Shown here in pieces: positions 29,813 through 38,646 of a DNA stretch of 64,000 nucleotides. The translations under genes and the position numbers were made by a program. The notes beneath the pieces were generated by a model that did not search any database, was not told the origin of the DNA, and saw only the letters and a program-made list of their open reading frames with translations. The DNA lies in IMG/VR virus record IMGVR_UViG_3300016484_000447, positions 23,773 through 87,772 of that record. One strand, given 5' to 3'. This DNA is from a virus. Its lineage: Duplodnaviria; Heunggongvirae; Uroviricota; Caudoviricetes. The stretch's first letter is position 1, and each line of letters begins with the position of its first letter.

Positions 29813-30055
29813 TTACTTGCCGATCAGCTTGCGGATGTTCTCCGCAGCGGATGCGGCAGCGACGATTTCGGCTTCGGCAGCAGCCTTCTTGGCTTGTGCC
29901 TTGGCGATGGCGTCGTCATGCTTCTCGATGTCGCCTTCGTGCTTGGCCTGGAGGGCTTCCAGGGTGGTCGCGGTCTTGGCGAAGGCGCCCAGAACGGAGT
30001 CCACGGTCGGCTTCTTGCCGATCAGCGACAGCAGCAGAAAGATCAGTTGGTTCAC
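29813..30055 (-). CDS. hypothetical protein (N-terminal TM, coiled-coil)
   Basis: 80 aa with hydrophobic N-terminus and Ala/Lys-rich helix. Confidence 0.4.
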   Translation of the reverse strand: MNQLIFLLLSLIGKKPTVDSVLGAFAKTATTLEALQAKHEGDIEKHDDAIAKAQAKKAAAEAEIVAAASAAENIRKLIGK

Positions 30056-30324
30056 GGTTGGATTTCTCCTTGGAGTTTGGTGAAGGCACCGGACGAGTCA
30101 AGGAACTCAGCCTGCTTTTCGAGCATGGCTGTGAACTTGGCGTGTTCGGCTTTCAGGTTGTTGACGGTGACAGGCTTCCCAGTTGCCACCAGATACTCGA
30201 TCATCATGGCATTGACAGCCATGCCAAAACCGTTGATGATCGGGGTGAACGAGTCACTCTCAAACTTCTCGACAGTCTCGGTCAGAGCGAGAGCGACTTG
30301 GACGGAACTCGCGTCGTGCATCAT
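30052..30324 (-). CDS. hypothetical protein
   Basis: 90 aa. Start overlaps previous stop. Confidence 0.4.
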   Translation of the reverse strand: MMHDASSVQVALALTETVEKFESDSFTPIINGFGMAVNAMMIEYLVATGKPVTVNNLKAEHAKFTAMLEKQAEFLDSSGAFTKLQGEIQP

Positions 30325-30348
30325 TGTACCGCGTATGTCAACCGCTTG

Positions 30349-30567
30349 TCAAGCGGGGACGTACAGGGTGTTGCGCGTCTCGAACTGCTCGGTCACTTCG
30401 TCGTAGGCCACGATTTCGGTGGTGGTCGCAGGTTGACCGTTGGTGACGTTTTCGGTGTCGGGGTGATCGACGGGCGTGACAAGCGCACGGTTGCCGATGA
30501 TTGGGCCACCGCAGGCCGGGCCGAAGAATTGAACTTCGGTGTATTGGACGACTTTCTTCTCAGCCAT
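30349..30567 (-). CDS. hypothetical protein
   Basis: 72 aa from MAEKKVVQY with GAGGGGAG RBS. The upstream part of the listed ORF overlaps the dNMP kinase in another frame. Confidence 0.4.
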   Translation of the reverse strand: MAEKKVVQYTEVQFFGPACGGPIIGNRALVTPVDHPDTENVTNGQPATTTEIVAYDEVTEQFETRNTLYVPA

Positions 30568-31219
30568 GAGAACTCCCCTCGAAAGTGTCACACACGATGT
30601 CGAACAGATCATCGAGCGTGCTGTTGTTGTAGATCGTGAAGTCGGTGTCAGCGTTGAACTTGACGCCACCCTCGCTTGCATGGGCGTTGACCTGGGGCGC
30701 AGAATCCCGCACCACATGCCACACTTGTCCGCCCATCTTGCGGATCATCTCCGCTTCGTTCTCGAACCGAACATCGGTGATTGCGACGTTGAATCCGCAG
30801 TCACGCCACTCGTCCACCTTTCGCCGGGCAACCGTGAGCCAGATGTTGTCGTGAACGAGAAGTCGGCCCCATTCTGTGCCCAGCGTCTGAAGCATCTGTC
30901 GGGGACTCTTCGAGAAGTCCTCGATCAGCGTCTCCTTCAGGGCACCGTGGACGTGTTCGTCGGTCAGACCCAGCATCGTCTTCAAGCCCTCCTTCAAGGG
31001 GGCTGCAAACGCAAGGGTCTTGAACTGGAAGGCCGACTGTAGCATCCCTGCCACCGTATCCTTCCCGCTCCGAGCCCGGCCCGTCAGGCCGATCAGCTTC
31101 GGTGTTGGGGAGCCTGTTTCAAGCCCTTCGATGATGGCGCGGTAGTTCCCGCGCTCTTGTGTTGCCGCACCTCCGACTACCTTCAGGAAGTCCTCGGTGT
31201 GGATTGCCAGAACGGTCAT
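30560..31219 (-). CDS. deoxynucleoside monophosphate kinase (T4 gp1-like)
   Basis: P-loop GLTGRARSGKDT and a dNMP-kinase-like fold pattern. The start is placed at the second ATG (RBS AAGGAGAG); 31243 is the alternative. Confidence 0.6.
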   Translation of the reverse strand: MTVLAIHTEDFLKVVGGAATQERGNYRAIIEGLETGSPTPKLIGLTGRARSGKDTVAGMLQSAFQFKTLAFAAPLKEGLKTMLGLTDEHVHGALKETLIEDFSKSPRQMLQTLGTEWGRLLVHDNIWLTVARRKVDEWRDCGFNVAITDVRFENEAEMIRKMGGQVWHVVRDSAPQVNAHASEGGVKFNADTDFTIYNNSTLDDLFDIVCDTFEGSSHG

Positions 31220-31239
31220 TGTCCTCGTTGCTCTCCTTG

Positions 31240-31488
31240 TCAATGTAGTTTGTCATGAAGCCACGTTGCGATGATCGAGCCAAGGCCCGCCCCGACGCCA
31301 ATGACCAGGGCGATGACGCCCCAGCCGTTCTTGGCGACGGTTGACACAACGTAGACCTCGCACAGTGCCATCGCAATACTTGTGGGCAGAATCCACCAGT
31401 ATTTGCGATGCACAACGTTCAGTTGCTGGGCACTCTTCATGCCAACAAACAGAAAAGAAGTCCAGAATGCGATCACGTATTGAATCAT
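31240..31488 (-). CDS. small membrane protein (3 TM)
   Basis: 82 aa, strongly hydrophobic. Confidence 0.45.
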   Translation of the reverse strand: MIQYVIAFWTSFLFVGMKSAQQLNVVHRKYWWILPTSIAMALCEVYVVSTVAKNGWGVIALVIGVGAGLGSIIATWLHDKLH

Positions 31489-31931
31489 CTTGTCAGTAGG
31501 TACTCCTGCATGTTTGAAAGTATTTCAACAGAGTCTTCAACCCTCCCGAGCGTTAAGTTGCATCTTGCGCAAAGCAGCCCGCGTACTCTTCCCGTAGCAT
31601 GGCAGTGATCTATGTGGAGCGACTGCCCAGCCGGGCCATAGCCGTTAGGCTCTTGCTTGCAAATCTCGCATACGCCGTTAGCTCTCTCTAACATCTCTTG
31701 AAGCTCTTCAGGGCGCAGGCCAAGCTTGCGCGCCCTCGTAGCCCGTTGGCTTTGTTTTCTAGCCCTACGGAACTCTGGGTCGTCTGTGTACCGCTTGCGG
31801 CGGGAGGCTTCTTGTCGTGCATTTGTGCATCGCTTGCAGACCCGAGTCCTCCCGCCAGCACACTTTGAGTGCTTCGGGAAGTCCTCCAACGATTTAGACT
31901 CCCCGCAAGAGTTACACAGTCGAGTCAGCAT
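31485..31931 (-). CDS. recombination endonuclease VII (Holliday junction resolvase)
   Basis: N-terminal CxxC..C..C zinc finger plus CEIC...HIDHCH..G.VRGLLCARCN, the Endonuclease_7 signature. Confidence 0.75.
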   Translation of the reverse strand: MLTRLCNSCGESKSLEDFPKHSKCAGGRTRVCKRCTNARQEASRRKRYTDDPEFRRARKQSQRATRARKLGLRPEELQEMLERANGVCEICKQEPNGYGPAGQSLHIDHCHATGRVRGLLCARCNLTLGRVEDSVEILSNMQEYLLTR

Positions 31932-33513
31932 CTTCCTTCTGCACCACGATGTCCTGCACGCGGTTGCGGATCACGTCGAACGGCTCGTCAACCAGCAGCT
32001 TGCCGTCCTTGAAGATGACGCGCAGTTCGCCGCCAGCTTCTTCGTCCGGGGTCACGCTGTCGGACATGACGAACTTGCCGTCCACCAGATCGACACGCAT
32101 CAGGCCACGGGCCGACTTCTTGATGCCGCTGTCGGTCTTCGGGTCTTTGTACAGTTCGACCAGCTTGCCGTCCACCACAGCAGCCGTGGCCTTGACAGCC
32201 AGGGAGAGGGTGTCGCGGGTGACGTACTGGTAGGTGAACGAACCGACGCCGAAGACCACGTTGTTCGACGCAAAGTTGCGCTGTTGCAGGCGAGAGAAGA
32301 TTTCCTCTGCACGGTCCAGGGTGATCGAGTCACCGTAGATCAGGCCGATGGACGGGCTCAGTTCACGGTAGCCGAACTTGTTCACCGTGCCACCGAACTT
32401 CTCCCACAGCACCTCGATGGAGCCCTTGACTTCCTCTTCGGTCAGCGGGCTGACTTCGCCGGGAAGGTGGGGAGCCATCAGCGCCGCCTTGCTGAAGACG
32501 CCCTGCGGGGTGCGGACGATTTCGTCCTCGCGGTAGCCGCAGATGATCCGCACGGGATCGCCGCTGTCGGGGCGGACGACAACCTTGCCCGGCAGGAAGC
32601 CGTTGGGGCCACGCGCCTCGATTTCACCCTTCAGCGCCGGGAGGTACTCGGTCAGCACTTGCCAGTAGTCGATGGTATCGCTCACGATGGAGACGATGCC
32701 AGTCGGGTAGGCTTCGGTGATCCAGTAGCGGATCGTTTCCAGTTCACCATCGACAGCGATGCCCAGCGAGGTGACGCTGTGTTCCGACGCCGGGACACTG
32801 GTGCCGACGAGATAGCCGGTCGGGTAGCCGCTGTAGAACTTGTCCACGAAGCCCAGGGCAGCGATGGTGTCGGTGCCAGAGGACGACAGGAGGTGCCCGT
32901 AGCCAGACGCCGCCGCAGCTTGGCGACCCATGAGGCCGCGAGCCGAGAAGTCGTGGCACTGGAACGGAATGTGGTCACGGTTGCCCACCGTCTCGTCAGC
33001 GAAGCGGCGGCACAGGGTCAGGAACTGGTAGGCGGTGGTCGCCGAGGTGGTCACGCCCCAGCACTCCTGCGACAGCACCGTCTCGATGTACGTCACCAGC
33101 CATGCGAAGTCCTTGTGGGTGTTCTTCCACGTCGCCAGAGGCACCTTGAAGGGCACCTTGGAGCCTTCCGGCAGGGCCTTGATTTCCAGTGGCAGATAGC
33201 CCAGCTTGTGCAGCTTCTCGAAGTGTTCCATCGAGACGGCGCCGACGCCCAGGTAGCCTTCGACACGGGCCTTCCACTCGCCGATCACTTCCTTGAAGGG
33301 GCGCGAGAAGAACTCGTTGTTGAACTCGGCGATGATGAAGCCCTTGATGAAGGCTTGCATCCCGGCCCAGACGACGCGGCGTTCCGCGTCTTGGAACTGG
33401 CAGCGAGCGGCGCTGCGAGCGGTGATGTTGGCGTACAGCATGGTGGTGCCGTCGCGCATGAACTTCTTGTGCGAGAGCTTGTAGCCGTCAGCTTGTTCGA
33501 GGGGCTTGGTCAT
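31912..33513 (-). CDS. nicotinamide phosphoribosyltransferase family protein (NadV/NAMPT-like; candidate Namat)
   Basis: 533 aa with NAMPT family motifs throughout (the DG..M/YG..GT.. pattern, GYRG-like phosphoribosyl-binding regions, C-terminal FGxG). Adjacent to a Prs-like gene. Confidence 0.8.
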   Translation of the reverse strand: MTKPLEQADGYKLSHKKFMRDGTTMLYANITARSAARCQFQDAERRVVWAGMQAFIKGFIIAEFNNEFFSRPFKEVIGEWKARVEGYLGVGAVSMEHFEKLHKLGYLPLEIKALPEGSKVPFKVPLATWKNTHKDFAWLVTYIETVLSQECWGVTTSATTAYQFLTLCRRFADETVGNRDHIPFQCHDFSARGLMGRQAAAASGYGHLLSSSGTDTIAALGFVDKFYSGYPTGYLVGTSVPASEHSVTSLGIAVDGELETIRYWITEAYPTGIVSIVSDTIDYWQVLTEYLPALKGEIEARGPNGFLPGKVVVRPDSGDPVRIICGYREDEIVRTPQGVFSKAALMAPHLPGEVSPLTEEEVKGSIEVLWEKFGGTVNKFGYRELSPSIGLIYGDSITLDRAEEIFSRLQQRNFASNNVVFGVGSFTYQYVTRDTLSLAVKATAAVVDGKLVELYKDPKTDSGIKKSARGLMRVDLVDGKFVMSDSVTPDEEAGGELRVIFKDGKLLVDEPFDVIRNRVQDIVVQKEDADSTV

Positions 33514-33531
33514 TGGTCTGGTTCTCCTTGT

Positions 33532-34359
33532 TCAGATGATTCGGATGCGGGAAGTATAGCACTCCGGGACTTCCGGGGCTGTCATTCCGAGGTTTTGCAC
33601 GAAGATGATGTCGTATTTCGACAACAGTGCGTCGTAGCCCTTGGTGAACATGCCGTGCGTGACGTACAGGTTCAGTTCGCTGGGCCTTGCCGTTGCTCGG
33701 ATGGCATCGGCCACTGCCAGGAACGTCGCCCCGCCGTCGCACAGATCGTCCACGACACAGACTGACTTGTCAGCGATGTCGAACGGTTGGGCAGGAAGCC
33801 GCATACCCGTGATCTTGCCTTCAGGGTCGCGGACCTTGCTTGCACACAGAACCTTGGTCCCGATAGCAGCATCAGCCACTTGGTAGTGCTTGAAGACCTT
33901 CTTCTCGGCACCGGCGTCCGGGGCGACCAGCACGTCATGCACTGGCAGGTTGTAGGCGCACTCTTCCTGCGGCGTCACGCGCAGCTTGTCCACCAGAGCT
34001 TCCAGCACGGAACTGTGGGCGTCGTAGGTCGTGACCAGATCGAAGCCCAGGCTGTTCAGCATGACGCAGAACACCTTCAGTGCGTGGGCCTCGCCGGGTG
34101 AACAGCGGCGGTCTTGGCGGCTGTACGGGAAGTACGGGATCAGCAGCGTCCAGGCGCGGGCGCCAGCGTTCTTCACGATGTCAACCAGTTGAGCCAGAGC
34201 CACCAGATCGTCGTTGCCTTCCCAGCGAAGGATGACTTTCACCACTTCACCGACCAACACCCGCTCCGCGCAGGACTCGATCTTGACACCAGTCTCCCCA
34301 CAAGGGAACTTCCAGACCTTGACGCCGAGGTCGCGGCCAGCAACGCGGGCTGTCAGCAT
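33532..34359 (-). CDS. ribose-phosphate pyrophosphokinase family protein (Prs-like; candidate ADPR-PP synthetase Adps)
   Basis: 275 aa with Prs motifs (PYFPYSRQDR, VVDDLCDGGATF PRPP-binding loop). Confidence 0.8.
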   Translation of the reverse strand: MLTARVAGRDLGVKVWKFPCGETGVKIESCAERVLVGEVVKVILRWEGNDDLVALAQLVDIVKNAGARAWTLLIPYFPYSRQDRRCSPGEAHALKVFCVMLNSLGFDLVTTYDAHSSVLEALVDKLRVTPQEECAYNLPVHDVLVAPDAGAEKKVFKHYQVADAAIGTKVLCASKVRDPEGKITGMRLPAQPFDIADKSVCVVDDLCDGGATFLAVADAIRATARPSELNLYVTHGMFTKGYDALLSKYDIIFVQNLGMTAPEVPECYTSRIRII

Positions 34360-34682
34360 TGGCGCACCTCAACATCGTAGGGGATGTAGCCGTCGCCGAT
34401 CCAGTGCAGCGTGACACTGCCTTCGCCGCTGGCGATGTTCAGGGCGAAGAACGTCTGGCCGTCTTCGTAGTGCGTGGACGACACGGCACTGGTGATGCCG
34501 ACATCCACAAGGTCGGCCAGATCACCGTCGATGCGGTCGAAGCGCGAACGCTCGCTCAGGCTTTCGACACGGATGTTGCCGCCGTCTTGGAACTGGAACT
34601 CGATGAAGTCCCGGACGTGATCGTCACCCATCTCGGCTCCAATGTGGGTCGTGATTCGACCGACGAATTCAGAATGGTTCAA
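34353..34682 (-). CDS. hypothetical protein
   Basis: 109 aa acidic protein. Overlaps neighbours by a few nt. Confidence 0.4.
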   Translation of the reverse strand: MNHSEFVGRITTHIGAEMGDDHVRDFIEFQFQDGGNIRVESLSERSRFDRIDGDLADLVDVGITSAVSSTHYEDGQTFFALNIASGEGSVTLHWIGDGYIPYDVEVRQC

Positions 34683-35046
34683 GCTCTTTCTCCTTGTTCG
34701 TGAACTTCAGTTGGGCGATGCGCAAGTCATCGACTGTCATCGTTGTGTACCCGTGCTTGTTGAGCCATTGTATCACAGGTCTTGGCAGAACCTTGACAAA
34801 ATTTGTCTTCCCGTCGCGTCGAACAGTCGTCACGTTCGGGAAGTCGTCTGGTAGCTTGGTCAGGTACGAGAGCGCCAGTATAACATGCTTTTTCCCCGAA
34901 AGGATAGCCTGCATACAGGCAAGGAGAAGCTTGCTGGCTCCGTCCTCGCCCATCGGGCGCAGAGACGACAGGTACTCTTTCGAGGGCCTTCCGTTTCTCA
35001 CGCTCATTGTAGCACCATCAGTGGCATTCAGCCCAGTTGCGGCCAA
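34669..35046 (-). CDS. hypothetical protein (start uncertain)
   Basis: 125-aa ORF. The first ATG overlaps the DNA polymerase end by 29 nt; alternative start at 35007. Confidence 0.35.
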   Translation of the reverse strand: MAATGLNATDGATMSVRNGRPSKEYLSSLRPMGEDGASKLLLACMQAILSGKKHVILALSYLTKLPDDFPNVTTVRRDGKTNFVKVLPRPVIQWLNKHGYTTMTVDDLRIAQLKFTNKEKELEPF

Positions 35047-38000
35047 GCATGTAGCCTGCCGACAACTCGACGTTCAGCTTGTAGTACCGACCAGCCTCAA
35101 CGACAGCTTCGGTCGCCAGTTCCCCGGCCCGGCAGTAGCCGACGAAGTAGCCCTTCGGCCCCTTCATCACGTCACTCCACCGCTTGCCCGTGGCTTCCTC
35201 TTCAGCAGCCTTGAATGCAGCGGCAGCGGCCTTCGCATCCTTGGCTTCCTTCGAGTCTTCCATCTTCCCCGTCTCTTCGTTCTTGGTCTGCCATTCGCTC
35301 ACAGGGAACGTCTTGAACTTGACCAGTGAACGCTTGACTTCAAGCTGGGCCTCGTCATGGTAGGCGATCAGTTGCTGGCAGAACTCCTTCTCCTTCCAGT
35401 TGTCCCGGAAGAAATCAACTGCCATCCCTTCAGCCTTCAGCTTACGGTCGTGCAACACCATCGCCCGCTTCGCGCAGATCACCCCCGCCGACTGGAAAGC
35501 CGTGTTGATGACGTTACCCTTGCTTCGGATCGGCAGCTTGCGGTTGTCCAGGCCCTTCAGAAACTTCTTCTGGCCCGTCGTCTCCCAATACTGCTGCATC
35601 TTCTCCTTCAGTTCCTTCAGCGGCGCCGCCTGAGTCCAGAAGGTGTCGAAGATGGTCTGAGCATCTTCCAGCGAACAGCCGATGGTCTTGGCGACCCGGG
35701 GCGGCTGTGCATTGTAGCTGCAATTACCAGTCAAAGTCAGAACTCCGCCCTGCCGGATGAAGAACGACTCGCAGGCAGTGGACAGGCAGAATACGTCAGT
35801 CTTACGTGTAGGTGTGAAGTCCCCAGTCTGATACCCGGTGTAAGCAGACCGGCTTCCATTGATAGTTGCCATGCCTTCACCATCAATCCTGACAGTTGTC
35901 TTCATCCCTTCGAGGGCCATAGCTACAGCTATAGCGTCTGCAATGTTTCCAGGCCGCTGGCGGACAACTACTGCATTGATTACCCCTTGGCGACCATCGG
36001 CTTGCCAGAATGCGAGGATGAAGTTCATCCTGCTAACCCCATCTAGGCCGAGAACGTATTGCACCCAGTCGAATTCGTGCTTCCCCTTTCCGTAGAATCC
36101 GTGGCGTTTCGCCATTGCGCGGAAGTCCTCTGGGTCAATTCTGTACTCATTCATGCCACCGTTAGAGTACACAGTGAAGTTGACCCGCGCCATGCGTAGA
36201 GCCACCTCAACATCATCGCAAAACTTCTTCTGTCCCACGTTTGCGATAACACCAAGCTTTTCCCCGTGCCTGTTCTGCCTACATGGCAGAGACTCTGACC
36301 ACTTCCAGTATCCATCTGCCAGCAGCCATCCGATAAGTGCAGCGTCGTTCTGGACAGTGCCCCCGTTTCGCATCGGTGACGAGTTTAGGATAGACGATGC
36401 AGTGTTCAACTCGTCTGTGTACACAAGCCTCACCTCGTCAGAGTAGGCGTTCTTCGCCAGCCACCTGTGGTCTTCCGTTGCTTCGACACTCCAACGCTTA
36501 TTGCCGACTAACCCAACATCCGCGTCAGCGTAGAAGTGGCGCCCTGTAACTTCCGTCCAGTACATCTCCTTGTTTGTAGCATGGTAGCCAAGAACAAAAT
36601 CTCCGACCCCAATCTCGTTGAAAGTCTTCCACCCGTCCCTCGTCAATACATCTGTGTTGTCTACTGGCAAGCACCCATACTTGACGTTCTTCGCAGTCGA
36701 GCGCGGGAATTCCCGGCCCAGAATCTCCGAAATCATCCGCGCCAGCACACTATGGCAGTCGTTTGGCTTTTCAGCCGTCAACGACACCCCGTACTCTGGA
36801 CCGCCCTTGTAGCGGTAGACATAGTGGGCTTCGATCTTCGCTTCCAGGGAGTCGAAGTCATAGCCAAGCTGGACGAAGCCATCATCGACATCGACACCGA
36901 ATTGAGCCCGCATGTTCTTGCCGTACAGCGAAGTCACGCGAGGGATGTTGGCGACTAGCCGATGCTTGAAGCGTGAAGTCCCTGCACCGCAAGAGTCAGC
37001 AGGAGTAGGAATGCGGCCATCTTCTGCGATGCGTTCAGCAGCCAGGAAGCCCTTGCCCGCGAATTCATCATCATCCTCAAGTTCATCAGGGTCAACGCCA
37101 CCGCCAAGGATGGAATTGCGACGGTGAGTATAGGTCAGGTACTCCGAGACAAGCTTGGCGTGGGGGAACTTGTCAGCAAGCTCCAGCAGCGCCGGGTCGA
37201 TTTCCTTCTCCATCCCGACCGTGATCGTCGGGTTCGTGTAGACCTTCAGGGGCCGCTTCAGATCGTGCTTCAGCAGCTTTTCCCGCAGGCGGGAAGGGAC
37301 GGTGTTCAGTTCCTCGCAGCGGTCGCGGCAGAACGGGCTGTTGATCGTCTGCTCGACGTACCGTTCAACCGTCTCTGCGAACTTCTCGGGGGACAGCTTC
37401 TTCTTCTTGCTGTCGCACGTCAGGTCACGCTCCTTGTACTGAGTCGGGCGCCAGCCCATCTCGACAAGCCAGCCCTTGATGTGCGTCGTGTCCTTGACGG
37501 TGGCAGGTTCGTGCGTCTTGACAGGCACGTCAGCCGCCATCGGCAGGCTCCACGCTTTGCCGAAGATGTTGGCAACCCACCTCCCGTCAACCTGCTCCAA
37601 AGTCCCGCCGTGCTTCTCGGCGAACTTCTGCATGTGGCTCGATGGGTTCCCATTCTTGAGAAACTGAATCTTCGGCGGGAGGAATGCCTTCAACTTGGTC
37701 ACGCCCATCGGCTTCTCAGGCAGCAGCGGCTCGACGGTCTGACGGATGGACTCCATCTTCTCGTCAAGGTCGCGGACGTTGGCCTGGGCGAGTTCTTGGT
37801 CGAACCAGAAACCTCGGTGAGAGCCTCGCGTCACGATGTCGCGGACGCATTGCTCCAGGGTAAACGTGTCGCTCCAGTCCCACTCCCCGACTTCCTCCAG
37901 CAACGCCCAGTAGAGCTTGACGTTGACGTGGCAGTCACGCTCGTTGTAGTCGAGCATCTCGGGGTGGTACTGCGCGAACTCAGCACCACGGGGCGCGTTC

Positions 38001-38485
38001 CACGGGATCAGGCCAAGGTCAACGGCCCGCTGGCGCCAGTCGATCTTCTCCAGGCCCAGGCGTTTGCCCCATTCGTCCAGCGAGTGCCCGCCATAGCGGT
38101 CAGGGTTCAGGGCCTTTGACCAGACCAGCGTATCCACGATTTCGACTGGTTGCCCGTCGATGGTGCATTGGTCTGCAATCTCGTAGTCGATGTCGAAGTA
38201 CAGCTTCAGCACCAACAGGTCGTAGTCGATGATGTTGTGGCCGATCACCGTCTTCAGCTTCTTGAAGAGAGGGACGAAGCCAGTTCGCATCTCTTCCTCG
38301 CCAGCAAAGCGATACACCCGACCCGTGTCGATGTCGATGATGACCGCACACCAGACGCGGAAGATAGGCTTCAGCTTGAACGGGGCGGCGCGGTAGTCGA
38401 TGGTTGTGTGGTCGAGAAGCCCGTTGGCTTCCACGTCAAATACGCCCCTCATAGGGTCTTCTACTCCTTCAGGTAGGCGGTGCAA
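35018..38485 (-). CDS. family A DNA polymerase (T7 gp5-like, 3'-5' exo + pol) interrupted by an intein
   Basis: Exo motifs FDVEANGL, YNERDCHV. Pol motifs DFDSLE(A), motif B RSTAKNVKYG|...|CSYNAQ, motif C HDE-like. The 1155 aa include a 317-aa insertion. Confidence 0.85.
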   Translation of the reverse strand: MHRLPEGVEDPMRGVFDVEANGLLDHTTIDYRAAPFKLKPIFRVWCAVIIDIDTGRVYRFAGEEEMRTGFVPLFKKLKTVIGHNIIDYDLLVLKLYFDIDYEIADQCTIDGQPVEIVDTLVWSKALNPDRYGGHSLDEWGKRLGLEKIDWRQRAVDLGLIPWNAPRGAEFAQYHPEMLDYNERDCHVNVKLYWALLEEVGEWDWSDTFTLEQCVRDIVTRGSHRGFWFDQELAQANVRDLDEKMESIRQTVEPLLPEKPMGVTKLKAFLPPKIQFLKNGNPSSHMQKFAEKHGGTLEQVDGRWVANIFGKAWSLPMAADVPVKTHEPATVKDTTHIKGWLVEMGWRPTQYKERDLTCDSKKKKLSPEKFAETVERYVEQTINSPFCRDRCEELNTVPSRLREKLLKHDLKRPLKVYTNPTITVGMEKEIDPALLELADKFPHAKLVSEYLTYTHRRNSILGGGVDPDELEDDDEFAGKGFLAAERIAEDGRIPTPADSCGAGTSRFKHRLVANIPRVTSLYGKNMRAQFGVDVDDGFVQLGYDFDSLEAKIEAHYVYRYKGGPEYGVSLTAEKPNDCHSVLARMISEILGREFPRSTAKNVKYGCLPVDNTDVLTRDGWKTFNEIGVGDFVLGYHATNKEMYWTEVTGRHFYADADVGLVGNKRWSVEATEDHRWLAKNAYSDEVRLVYTDELNTASSILNSSPMRNGGTVQNDAALIGWLLADGYWKWSESLPCRQNRHGEKLGVIANVGQKKFCDDVEVALRMARVNFTVYSNGGMNEYRIDPEDFRAMAKRHGFYGKGKHEFDWVQYVLGLDGVSRMNFILAFWQADGRQGVINAVVVRQRPGNIADAIAVAMALEGMKTTVRIDGEGMATINGSRSAYTGYQTGDFTPTRKTDVFCLSTACESFFIRQGGVLTLTGNCSYNAQPPRVAKTIGCSLEDAQTIFDTFWTQAAPLKELKEKMQQYWETTGQKKFLKGLDNRKLPIRSKGNVINTAFQSAGVICAKRAMVLHDRKLKAEGMAVDFFRDNWKEKEFCQQLIAYHDEAQLEVKRSLVKFKTFPVSEWQTKNEETGKMEDSKEAKDAKAAAAAFKAAEEEATGKRWSDVMKGPKGYFVGYCRAGELATEAVVEAGRYYKLNVELSAGYMLGRNWAECH
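35723..36673 (-). mobile_element. intein with LAGLIDADG homing-endonuclease domain inserted in PolA motif B
   Basis: The insertion begins with Cys right after KYG of motif B (CLPVDNTDVLT...). It contains two LAGLIDADG motifs (LIGWLLADGYW, ILAFWQADGRQG) and ends ...TLTGN followed by Cys (+1). The extein junction restores YG|CSYNAQ, matching polI motif B YG-S...Q. Confidence 0.7.
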
Positions 38486-38646
38486 CGCACCTTCTTCATG
38501 CCGTCAGGGTCAACGCCGATGACGGGCATGGTTTTGAATTCGAGGTCGGAACAGTCCTCCCCAGCCCTGTAGCACGAACAACACATCCGCCCAGAGGGGC
38601 GGTGCGTCATCGGCTCGACTTCACAGTCTAGCACGGGTTCGTTCAT
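38461..38646 (-). CDS. small Cys-rich protein
   Basis: 61 aa from MNEPVLDCE...CCSCY...C. Its ATG overlaps the stop of the HD gene (ATGA). Confidence 0.3.
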   Translation of the reverse strand: MNEPVLDCEVEPMTHRPSGRMCCSCYRAGEDCSDLEFKTMPVIGVDPDGMKKVRCTAYLKE

